DNA of 64,000 nucleotides, taken from NCBI GenBank assembly GCA_964016885.1, contig OZ024746.1, positions 53,134,001 to 53,198,000 of the forward strand. The letters run 5' to 3'. This DNA is from Eledone cirrhosa (Eukaryota). Below the pieces are notes generated by a model. That model was not told where the DNA came from and searched no databases. It saw only the letters and a list, made by a program, of their open reading frames with translations. Both the position numbers and the translations under genes were made by a program. Shown piece after piece: positions 1 through 11,529 of this stretch (positions are counted from its first letter, which is position 1; each line of letters opens with the position of its first letter).

Positions 1-52
1 GCTTTTTGGAGGCGTTACGTCTAGCCGATTTTCCCGAAATTTCAAGGCATAT

Positions 53-393
53 TCATCATCATCATCATCATCATCACCGTTTTATGTCCATTCTGCCACG
101 CTAGCATGGGTTAGACGGGTTGTCCTGTTGTGGGCAGTGTCTGGTCGGCTGACCATGCCTTGCCCATACAGGAACTGATTTGGCTTGATTTCTACAGCTG
201 GATGCCCTTCCTAACACCAACCTCATTTACAGTGAGTGCTGGGTGCATTTTCGTGGCGCCTACACGTCCACTTTACAGTGTGGGCTGGGTGCTTTTTTGC
301 CGTGGCACCTCCACGACCACCTTGCGGTGGGGGGTGTGGGGGCATATTCTCTATATGCTTCAGCTTGTACCCATGGGAGGTCGGGTACTCTGT
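53..393 (-). mobile_element. SINE/non-autonomous RTE-related element (family B)
   Basis: ggtgttaggaagggcatccagctgtagaaa core, (ATG)n tail, ~43-bp internal repeats; near-identical inverted copy at 6571-6904. Confidence 0.85.
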
Positions 394-546
394 ATTACTG
401 CGTGACGCCAGAAGTCCCGGTCGTGTGTCATTGTCTCACATAAAAAAATATTTTCTTGCACTACCAATTTACAGAGTGGGCTGGGTGTTTTTCATCATGG
501 CATTGCTGAGCAATTTTTACCAATATTTTAACATAGATTGATTAGG

Positions 547-1762
547 GTCAGTCAGGCATTAGTATTTCTTTCCTACACCATATACTATACTTAGCTTTTG
601 TTGACCTAGAGAAGGCTTTTGATTGGGTACCCCGATCTGTCATCTGGTGGTCCCTAAGGAAGCTAGGTGTTGAGGAATGGCTTGTGAGTAAAGAGATGCT
701 GTCAGTAAAGTGAGGGTAGGAATGGAGTTTAGTGAGGAATTCCAGATACAAGTAGGAGTACATCAGGGTTCGGTCCTCAGCCCGCTCTTGTTCATTATAG
801 TCCTCCAAGCCATAACAGAGGAGTTTAAGACTGGCTGTCCATGGGAACTTCTCTATGCTGACGATCTGGAAACAGCAGTTGGAATCAAGAGGACTGAGAG
901 TGAACCTAGCTAAGACAAAAGTGTTGATGAGTAGAAAAAGGAAAAACTCTGATTCCATCAGGGAAATGGCCATGTTCGATATGCAGAAAAGGAACTGGCA
1001 TAAATTCTATAAAATGTACACAATGCAGATCTTGGGTACACAAGAGATGTAGCGGGATAGCAGGCAAACTAACAGGTAGGGAGAAATACGTATGCAGTAG
1101 ATGTACAGGGAAATTTGACAGTAGAAGTCGCATTGATAGACACATTTTTCAAATGCAGGTAGGTGCTATAGAAGTGGTTGATAACTTCCGGTACATAGGT
1201 GATCAGATTAGCATGAGAGGGGGGGGGGGTTCCAAGGCCGTAGTATCTAGAATAAAGACGGGTTGGAAAAAGTTTAGGGAGCTGCTTCCTCTGCTGACAA
1301 AGAAGGGTTTCTCCCTATGTACGAAAGGCTGGTTATATGATGCCTGTGTGAGGTGCACAATGCTGCATGGTAGTGAGACATGGGCAGCAACTGCAGAGGA
1401 TATGCGATGGCTGGAGAGAAATGAGGCAAGCATGCTCCATTGGATGTGCAATGTCAATGTGCGTGAACGGCCGAGCATGGATGTGTTGAGAGAGAAACTG
1501 TGTTTGAGAGGGATAAATTGTTGTGTGCGGGAGAGGGAATGCGATGGTATGGACATGTGATGCGCATGGAGGATGATCGATGGGTGAAGAAGTGCCAAGA
1601 AATGCTAGTTGAAGGAAGACGTAGTAGAAGAAGACCACAAAAAACATGGGCGGAGGTGGTGAGAGCAGACTTCAGATCGCTGAAGCTCACGGTGGAGATG
1701 ACGAAGGACCCGTCCCACCCTTGCAAGCAGGGAAAAGCGGACGTAAAATGAAGATGATGATG
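547..1762 (+). mobile_element. RTE-clade LINE, 3' part of RT, frameshifted and internally deleted
   Basis: AFVDLEKAFD, GVHQGSVLSPLLF, LLYADDL, FRYIGD, MLHGSETW and RWYGHVMRM motifs; (ATG)n tail. Confidence 0.9.
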
Positions 1763-2389
1763 ACCATGAAAGTGAGAGAAGGAAAACACGAGAGCAGAAT
1801 GGCTCCAGTATAAACGGGTACTTTATTTATCTCCAAAAGAATGAGAGGTAAAGTTGGCCACAACAGGATTTGAACTCAGGTCACAGTGAGACAGAATGAA
1901 TTTCATAAAGTACTCCATCAGACATTGCCAATAAATGAATGAAAAAGAATATGTAATATGCTATGTAGCATTCTTCTTTTATTGGTTTTAATCATTGGGC
2001 TGTGACCATGCTACAGCAAAGCCATCAAGATTATTGATTATTTTGACACCAATACATTGGTACTTATTTCACTGTTCTTGTGAAATACAGAAATACGAAG
2101 ATAACGTTGGCATGAAGGGAGATAACTTATGACTTAAATATTAGACAATGTACTCTGAGATACACAATATCTAACGAAAAATATAAATAATAAACGAAGC
2201 AGGATAGCCAGGGCTGTAACTAACACTTTTGCTAGATTAAGACTGATTGAGGGTTAAACAACAACATACAAAATACAAGATAGTCAAAGTTGATAATAGA
2301 TTTGCAGTGTTAGGTCTAAATTTAAGGATATAAACAACATAAATGAAAAAAAAAAAAATGGGAAAAGAGCTGATCAGATTTATAATATA

Positions 2390-2920
2390 CTAGCCGAATT
2401 ACCCGCGCCTTGCTGTGTTTCACATATAAAAAAGTAGAGGTAGTAACTAATAATTTTTGTTGTCATAATTCTAGTGATGTTTTGCCATAGATAAAATGTC
2501 TAAATTAGACAAATTTTACTATAAAAGAGAAGGTGCTTTTTTTGTTGATTTACGTTTAATCAATAGAAAACCCCACGTGATAATAGAGGTTTAAATACTC
2601 AAGTTATGGGCTTCCAAATTTTCACTATAGGGGGGGTTTAACTCCCATTAGGGTGTCTTAATATTATCAAAATTTGCTGAAATTTTGTGAATAGGCATCA
2701 TATCTTGTCATTTACCTATGGTTTATTTCATTAAATCAAAGGGAAAACATTTTCAGCGGGGGTTTGTGCCCCCGGGGAACACTTTGATTAAAATGAAATA
2801 TACTTATCCAAGTACCCTGGGCAATGTAGTTTCAGAATATATATGATTATAGGGGTCTATCTCCAAAACCATAGGAGGAGTTCGTGAACAAACAAACAAA
2901 CAAACAGGAACTATATTATG
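2390..2920 (-). mobile_element. Non-autonomous Helitron-like element, copy 1
   Basis: Minus strand ends ...gcgcgggtaattcggCTAG|T; internal (CAAA)n; highly similar to 35250-35870. Confidence 0.65.
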
Positions 2921-3020
2921 TGAAATATGTGAGATAAAGTCTTTACCGTGAAAATGTAATAGTAAATATAGAGTAATGTAAATGCTAAAGTGTTAAAGTT
3001 ATTGAAAGAAATATACTTAC

Positions 3021-3107
3021 AGTGCTTTGTCTCTCTTTTCTTTATAAAGTTTGTGAAATTCAATATCTCGCTTGTCCATCATTGATTTACTGTAATCCCG
3101 AGAGAAA
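3021..3107 (-). CDS. DNAJC4: DNAJC4-like exon (FSRDYSKSMMDKRDIEFHKLYKEKRDKA); no stop, terminal exon not found in window
   Basis: Acceptor tttcatctatAG, donor CT|GTAAGT. 87 nt, phase 2 to 2, open and in frame. Confidence 0.8.
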
Positions 3108-5086
3108 CTATAGATGAAATTTTTTATTAATTAACGTTTTTGTTACCATATTTTTCATAACAGGCATTGCCTGTGATTTTCAGTTATAGCAAGCTTTCTC
3201 ATTATAAAGCTAGTGCTTTTATAAATACATGTATGCATCTTCAGCATTATCAGTTAAGATGTTAATAATTAAAAACAAGTAAGACCATTATTCAACTTAG
3301 TACTTTAAAGGAATTTGAGAGTAGATATTTAAAACATGTATATGTTTACAGGTTATATATATAACCCATGCTAGCATGAAAAAATAGACATTTGACAGTG
3401 ATGATGATGATGTATAGGAAAAAGATGTTGTGAATGTGAAAGACATCAAAGTATAGCTAGACACCTCTCCATCTCACTTAACTTTTGAAAATCAACCATC
3501 TGTGAAATCGGTAAAGTTATTATTAATAAATCTTCTTAAAGACTCCAATTGCATTTGCAACTTCTTTTTCCTATATTTTTACTTGTGTGGTAATTTCCAT
3601 TTTCCATGCTTGCATGGGTTAGACAGGTTGCCATGATACACGACAGGTTGGGCCCTGAGACCAGATCTTGCTCATACGGATCTGTATTTTGGCTTGGTTT
3701 CTACAGCTGCATACCCTTCCTAACAACAACCACCTTACAGTGCAGCCACAAATTTTGTTAATTTAATACAACTCAACACAGTTTGATTTGATTCAGTTCT
3801 AGCTGATTCAATATTGGTGAGAGTTATTAAAATTTGATCAAGCAAACCCTTTTTGTCACCAACCTGGACAAAAATGGTTCTGATTATATAAGACAAAACC
3901 ACCTATTTTAAAAGGGGTTCTATTTCAATTATAATCTTCCAACATAACCTTGTATAAGACCCATATGTTAAGTTACTATCTTAGTAAGTAAATAATTAAT
4001 AATTTTATTTAATCCCTCAAAATTGTGACAATAGAGTAATCTCCCCTCAATACAGAATGCAGTGTCAAGGGAAGCAATTCATTAAAAATTCAGTATGATG
4101 AAGGTTAAATGCATTTGCCGTTATGTCCGTGGAGTGCAGCACTCCTGCCCCATTGCCCTAGGCCCAAAGCCGAATCACCCTCCCCATTCACCCCCTCTCT
4201 TCTGCAACACCAGAGCTCTTGTCATCCCCTACCCTTCCCATTATTTTTCTCTTTTTTCTCTATATTTCCCTATTCTTTCTTTCCTTTTGACGGCAATAAT
4301 AAAAATATATCATTGCCGTCATTATAGTTGTCATTATAATTATTATTATTCTGAGTTCAAATCCTGCCGAGGTTAAGTTTGCCTTTCATCCTTACGGGGT
4401 CGATAAAATAAAGTACCAGTAATGCACTGGGTAATTGTTGGCCTTGTGCCAAAAGTAGAAAGAATTATTATTATGTGGTTTACACCATGAGTGACCCTCG
4501 GAGGTTACCCCACTATTAGGGAATTTTTGTTTGAATTTTTAATTTGTTTATACACATTTCTATTTTCTTGTTATAACCTTTTTACACGGCCAAAACCCAC
4601 TTTGTATCGTCCTGTTCCGTTCTGTGCCATCTGTAATGCTTTTCTTCATGTTAACCCATTATTATTGAATTGGCAGAATCGGTATAGGGCTGGACACCAT
4701 GCTTGCAGCATAGAGTTACGGCCCTTTACGTTCTGAGTTAACTTTGCCGTTCATCCTTACGGGGTAGATAAAATAGAGTACCAGTAATGCACTGGGATAA
4801 TTGCTGGCCTTGTGCCTAAAGTAGAAACAATTATTATTATTGTTACTGTAAATAATTGTTTCTACTTTTTGACACAAGGCCAGCAATTATCCCAGTGTAT
4901 TACTGGTACTTTATTTTATCGACCCCGTAAGGATGAAAGGCAAAGTTAACCTCGGCGGAATTTGAACAAATAATATCATGATTTATATATTGTCTGTAAT
5001 TCTACTTATATATTATTCATATTATAATTTTCACACCTCTGGCTAATTATTAAATGAATTAGAGTGTCTTGAAAGGTTTAACTTAC

Positions 5087-5275
5087 CTGATCAGGAAATA
5101 ATGAACAAACACTCCAATCACCACCCAGGTTAGGATACCAAATAGAATGTAGGAGTTTGGCTGTCGTTTTAAACCTTTAACACTGTAGTATGGTCGGGAC
5201 TTAAATTCTTGGTCTTTCGATTTGTCTCTCATGTGCCAGATGGTTTCATCCCAGAATATACGTTCGTCAGATTCT
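5087..5275 (-). CDS. DNAJC4: DNAJC4-like exon with FWDETIWHMRD..YY..KG.KR..N motif and a transmembrane helix (YILFGILTWVVIGVFVHYFLI)
   Basis: Acceptor tctctgtaattccAG, donor AG|GTAAGT. 189 nt, phase 2 to 2, in frame with the HPD exon. A J-domain plus single C-terminal TM fits DNAJC4/DnaJ-60. Confidence 0.88.
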
Positions 5276-5374
5276 CTGGAATTACAGAGAGAGAGATAGA
5301 GAGACATAGAGTGAAAGGAAGAGAATGTGTGTGTGTAATAGACAGAGGGATGCGTATGCGTGCATGAGCGGAAG

Positions 5375-5900
5375 TATGGTGTGGTAGTATGGGACATAGT
5401 AATGTTGTGGTGGTATAGTGGTTTGGTGGTGTGGTAGTAAAGTGGTGAGATGGTATTGTGGTACAGAGGTGTGGTGTGGTAGTACAGTGGTGTGATAAGA
5501 TAATGTTAGAGTGGTGTTGTGGTAGAGTGGTGTGGTGTGGTGGTGTGATGGTGTGGTGGTGTGATGGTGTGGTGGTGTGTTGGTATAGTAGTGTGGTGGT
5601 ATGGTGGTGTGTTGGTATAGTGGTGTGGTGGTATGGTGGTGTTATGGTGTGGTGTCATGGTTTGGTGGTGTGGTGGTATAGTGATGTCATGGTCCGATGG
5701 TTTGGTGGTACAGTGATGTCATGGTAGTGGTGTGGTGGTATAATGGTATGGAGGCGTTCTGGTGTGGTGCCATGGTTTAGTGGTATAGTGGTGTGGTGGT
5801 ATAGTGGTATGGTGGTGTTATGGTGTAGTGGTGTGGTGGTATAGTGGTGTGGTGTGGTGCCATAGTTTAGTGGTATAGTGGTGTAGTGGCATGGTGTACA
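5375..5900. repeat. Degenerate (GTG/GGTGT)n low-complexity array
   Basis: Visible. Confidence 0.9.
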
Positions 5901-6088
5901 ATGTCAGGCTGTGTGTGACTATGATGAATTAGGGTGGTGGCTACACTACAGATGGCTAGATAACATTGACAGCAACAACAGGAACATTTTAGGGACATAC
6001 TTCTATGGCATGTACTGTATGGGTGTGGGTGTGTATATTGATGTGTACGTGTGTTGGTGAATATGCAGATATACACATATCATGTGTT

Positions 6089-6120
<32 letters not shown>

Positions 6121-6570
6121 AAAATTTGGAACTTTATTATATTAACTCTGTGACATATTTCCCTTTATAAATCCAAAATCCGAAATAAAATAATTGATTT
6201 GTGCATGAAAAGAGTATTTAAAACATTTTCTAATAAACACTTCTATTTATATTAGATTCTTCCCAATTCAATTTTATCAATTAACTTTAAGCTGCATCTA
6301 ATGTCAGGCTCTGTGTTGGGAAACCCCATCTGTTAAAAACGATATAGTTAACTATTAACTGACCCCAGAACAGTAGCACATGAAGGTTTGTAGCATAAAC
6401 TGCATTACTATGATTCAGTAGTATATCATGAAGGGGATCAGCAAATTAACATGGCAGCATTAGAATAAATGCTGTTTAAGATGTAAAATAATTTTGTTTG
6501 CTTAAGAATATAAAGTATATTTTCTATTATTACAATATGAAATTTTGTATTTTATATATATATATATATA

Positions 6571-6904
6571 TACAGAGTACCCGACCTCCCATGGGTACAT
6601 GCTGAAGCATATAAACAATATGCCCCCACACCCCCCATCGCAAGGTGGTCGTGGAGGTGCCACGGCAAAAAAGCACCCAGCCCACACTGTAAAGTGGACG
6701 TGTAGGCGCCACGAAAAAGCACCCAGCACTCACTGTAAATGAGGTTGGTGTTAGGAAGGGCATCCAGCTGTAGAAATCAAGCCAGATCAGTTCCTGTATG
6801 AGCAAGGCATGGTCAGCCGACCAGACACTGCACACAACAGGACAACCCGTCTAACCCATGCTAGCGTGGAAGAACGGACGTAAAACGGTGATGATGATGA
6901 TGAT
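6571..6904 (+). mobile_element. SINE family B copy
   Basis: Reverse complement of 53-393 with few substitutions. Other copies at ~3595-3745(-), 14030-14430(-), 15909-16148(-) and 62470-62670(+). Confidence 0.85.
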
Positions 6905-6905
6905 A

Positions 6906-6963
<58 letters not shown>

Positions 6964-6967
6964 TATA

Positions 6968-7368
6968 GGAACAAGTAAGACCCCGACGGCTGAGCTCAAG
7001 CCGTTTCAACGGCTAATTCTGTACTGAATGAAAATTTATTCTGGTATTTAAATAGCCGAACTTATCAAGGGGTAATTCCATATATGGTCAAAGAGATAAT
7101 CACCAGGATTGGTCACATCACAAGTTAGTAGTAAATCTGTGATGGCAAGTTGGTGGGGGAAGGGGTAGCTAAGCCTGCCGGTAGGAGATAAGTTCGGCTA
7201 TTTAAATACCAGAATAAATTTTCATTCAGTACAGAATTAGCCGTCGAAACGGCTTGAGCTCAGCCGTCGGGGTCTTACTTGTTCCTATTACCCACTCTAC
7301 TACCCTAAGTATTGAGTACTTTGGTGCGTTATGGTCCACCTGGTTCCTACCACATTTCCTTCGTTATA
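6968..7368 (+). mobile_element. (TA)n-embedded element with 100-bp inverted 5' copy and the 3' half of a hammerhead (family also at 25321-25455, 32471-32525, 44533-44630, 45059-45180)
   Basis: 6968-7067 is the reverse complement of ~7187-7286. GAAAC-ggct-tgagctc-agcc-GTC motif and a shared tail attacccactctactaccctaagta..gagtact..ggtgcgttatggtc. Confidence 0.6.
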
Positions 7369-7391
7369 CATATAAATATATATGTATATAC

Positions 7392-7472
<81 letters not shown>

Positions 7473-7521
7473 CATATATATATACATATACATATATATA
7501 TATATATACATATATATATAC

Positions 7522-7576
<55 letters not shown>

Positions 7577-7657
7577 CATATATATATAAGTATATACATA
7601 TATATATATACATATATATATATGTATATACATATATATATATACATATGTATATAC

Positions 7658-7690
<33 letters not shown>

Positions 7691-7704
7691 CATATATATA
7701 TATG

Positions 7705-7744
<40 letters not shown>

Positions 7745-7748
7745 CATA

Positions 7749-7798
<50 letters not shown>

Positions 7799-7799
7799 C

Positions 7800-7830
<31 letters not shown>

Positions 7831-8111
7831 CATATATATATACATACATATATATATACATATATATATATATACATATATATATACATATATATATACA
7901 AATATATATACATATATATATATATACATATATATATACATATATATATACAAATATATATACATATATATATATATACATATATATATACACATATATA
8001 TATATATATATATACACATATATATATATACATATATATATATACATACATATATATATACATATATATATATACACATATATATATATACACATATATA
8101 TATACATATAT

Positions 8112-8160
<49 letters not shown>

Positions 8161-8172
8161 CATATATATATA
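7366..8172. repeat. Compound (TA)n/(TACA) microsatellite, ~800 bp (representative of dozens of TA, CA, GA, GATA and TAG tracts)
   Basis: Visible. Others e.g. 27375-27685, 40213-40388, 45754-45861, 49596-49888, 52021-52340 and 53683-54025. Confidence 0.97.
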
Positions 8173-8173
8173 T

Positions 8174-8517
8174 GTGGAGGCACATGGCTTAGTGGTTAGA
8201 GCATTGGCCTTGCAATCGAAAGGTTGTGAGTTCAATTCTCAGACCGGGTGATGTGTTGTTTCCTTGAGCAAGACACTTTATTTCACATTGCTCCAGTTTA
8301 CTCAGCTGTAGAAATGAGATGATAGGGACTGGGATCCCTATCATTCCACTGTAAAGTGGTCATGGAGGTGCAACGGCAAAAAGCACCCAGCACTCACTGT
8401 AAATGAGGTTGGTGTTAGGAAGGGCATCCAGCTGTAGAAATCAAGCCAGAATCAGTTCCCGTCCCACCCTTGCAAGCAGGGAAAAATGGACGTAAAATGA
8501 AATGATGATGATGATGA

Positions 8518-8518
<1 letters not shown>
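8174..8518 (+). mobile_element. tRNA-headed SINE with RTE-like tail
   Basis: A box tggcttagtggtt, B box gagttcaattc, ccttgagcaagacactt central domain, ccttgcaagcagggaaaa..ggacgtaaaatga tail shared with the RTE 3' end. A related head is at 44745-45017(-). Confidence 0.8.
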
Positions 8519-8569
<51 letters not shown>

Positions 8570-8725
8570 TATTTATGTATATAAACACATGATGTGTGTA
8601 TATCTCCATATTCACCAACACACGCACACACCAACATACACACATCAATACATACATCGACACCCATACAATACATGCCATAGAAGTATTTCCCTAAAAT
8701 GTTTCTATATATATGTGTGTCTGTA

Positions 8726-8762
<37 letters not shown>

Positions 8763-9009
8763 TAAAAAAAATCAAACTTATGCTAAAATCTCAATTTAGG
8801 GGAGTATAAGATATTTTATCTGTATATTTTATCTATTCATTGAGATGTCTAAGTATCAGAGACAAATAAGTTTTTAATCACACATATGTTGAAGTCTTTT
8901 ATCAATTACGCAAGTATTTCTATAAACATATCACACTCTATGGCAGCAGAACAAGATGGTAGGTGTGTGTGTGACAGTCTAGACATACATACATGTGTGT
9001 ATGAGTGAG

Positions 9010-9068
<59 letters not shown>

Positions 9069-9071
9069 ATT

Positions 9072-9103
<32 letters not shown>

Positions 9104-9655
9104 TATATATATATATATGTATAAATATATATATGTTGTCCCACCCTTGCAAGCAGGGAAAAGCGGACGTAAAATGATGATCATGATGATGATATATCAT
9201 CATCGTCATCATCAGCAGCATTTTTACATCATCTTTTCCATGCTGGCATGGTTGGATATTTTGAAACAATGTTTTACAGCTGAAAGCCATCCCCATGCCA
9301 ACATTTTTAATCATCTCTTATGGCATCCAAGGATACTGTGTATCATCATCATCGTTTTTAACATCCACTTTTCCATGCTTGCATGGCTTGGACGGGCCCT
9401 CCTCCTCATCACGGCATCTCTCCATGCGTCACGGTACTTTGTCATCAGCTCTATGAGTCTCAGTGATTTGAGGTCAGCTCTCACAACCTTCTAAAAACCA
9501 GGAAACATACAGCAATCACTAGGTCCCTTATTTGGTCCCACAACTTATTAGACTCCTTGTTTGATCAAACTACTTACCATCTTCAGCAAATATTATTTAC
9601 CATGGCTTCACATCGAACCATGCATTGTGAGAGAATTTTGGTAGAAGGAAACTGT

Positions 9656-9935
9656 TTGGAAGCCTGTCAAATAGACTATACCTGCAATTCAAGGGAGCAC
9701 ATGTCTGTGGAGCTTGTCAAAGAGATTATATCTGTAATTTAAGGGTATACATGTCTGTGGAGCCTGTGGAATAGACTATACCTGTAATTTAAAGGTTTAC
9801 AGGTCTGTGGAGCCTGTCAAATAGACTATATCTGTAGTTCAGGGCTACACGTGTCTGTGGAATACTCAACCACTTGCACATTAATTTCATGAGCAGACGG
9901 TTCCATTGATGGAACACCTAGAACTCATCTTCAAA
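9656..9935 (+). repeat. ~50-bp tandem repeat (about 4 copies) followed by a SINE-like tail
   Basis: tgtggagcctgtcaaatagactatacctgtaatttaaggg.acacatgtc unit recurring at ~9656, 9706, 9756, 9806 and 9857. Confidence 0.8.
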
Positions 9936-9960
9936 ACTGACAAAGGTCAATTGTTATCGA

Positions 9961-9995
<35 letters not shown>

Positions 9996-10814
9996 AGTAG
10001 AGTTGTTAGAGTTTCAGCTAGAAAGCTTTGTGATTCATTCTGGCTTTCAACACTCCGAAAAATCAAAATCAGTGGAGAGACACAAATATACAGATATACA
10101 CAGACAGACAGAAACATAGACATAGAGACTCAGGCTAACACACAGTGATACACAGACACAGACATATACATAGAGAGAGACAGACAGAAACATAGACATA
10201 CAGAGACTCAGGCTAACACAGTGACACACAGACACAGACATATACATAAACAGAGAGAGACAGAAACATAGACATAGAGAGAGAAAGAGACAGATTTATG
10301 CAGTCACACACATGTGCACACATAGATATACCCAGATACAGACACACACAAAGACAGAGAGAGACAAACATATCAACACACACACAGACACACAAATACA
10401 ATACACACAGACATACACCCACATACACAACACACAGACAGACAGACATACAGACATATTGACGGACAGATAGAGACATACAAACACATATATATATATA
10501 TACAATCAGACACACACACACACACACTCAGAGGAACACATACACATACACAAACATAGGCACATACAAACTAAGAGAGACACACACAGACATACAAACA
10601 TAGGCACACACAGACATTGACAAACAGACAGACATACATACAAACACACATACACAAAGTGGGATGGACACACACACAGATAGACAGAGGGACACACACA
10701 CACAGAGGAAAACATACACATATAGAAACATAGGCGCACACACAAACTGAGATAAACACACACACACACAGACAGAACTCAAAGAGAAGGTGAGGGTAGA
10801 GAAATGTGACTTAC

Positions 10815-11029
10815 GACTCATGAAATCCGACCCCTGGGCGGTGCAACCCACTGGATGATGTGTGACTTGAACCTCTACGCTGTTGCATCTTTTTCTGGTG
10901 TACATAGGCAGCAAGGCTGAAGTCATACTCGCGTCGACTCGACTCCTTGCTCAGAGTGTTGTAGGCCTCCATTAACAGGACAAACTTCTCATGGTTGTTA
11001 GGGTCATTTTGGTTGAGGTCTGGATGGAG
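10815..11029 (-). CDS. DNAJC4: DNAJC4-like exon containing the HPD motif ([36 protein letters not shown]...)
   Basis: Manual translation (this frame is not in the ORF track). Acceptor ctctctatatatcAG, donor TC|GTAAGT. HPD, F..l.EAY..LS and R.EYD J-domain motifs. 215 nt, phase 0 to 2. Confidence 0.93.
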
Positions 11030-11364
11030 CTGATATATAGAGAGACGAAGAGAGTAGAAGGGATAGAGAGGGAGCGAGAGAGTGAGAGACCAAGAGAGTA
11101 GACGGGATTGAGAGAGAGAGAGAAAGTATGTGACCGAAGTTGAAGTATATATATGGAGAGACAGAGAGAAAAGTAAGGGTAAATAGAAAGACAGAAGTAG
11201 GAGTATATAGAAAGACAGACAGAGATGTAGAGTTTAATAGAAAGAGAGTGAGAGAAGTAGGGGTTGATAGAAAGAGAGAGAGAAGTAGGAATACGTAGAC
11301 AGAGATATAAAGGAGCAATGGGACGAGAGAATGGTGGAGAGAGAAGGAACAATAGAAAGACAGT

Positions 11365-11409
<45 letters not shown>

Positions 11410-11529
11410 GCAGAGGCTGAGAGAAAAAGAGTGGCAAGAGAGATGGCGTGAGAGAGCAGTGGGGACAGAGAGAGAGAGAGTGTATGTGTGTGTTGAGATT
11501 ACAAAATATTTTTCACCTAGGATTGATGA

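Noticed and set aside
8174-8250. tRNA gene
   Set aside because: A/B boxes are present but there is no proper cloverleaf, and it continues into a SINE body and tail.
7254-8251. Long YI/IY, CV and HT-rich ORFs here and throughout the window
   Set aside because: They are translations of (TA)n/(TG)n/(CA)n microsatellites, which lack stops in some frames.
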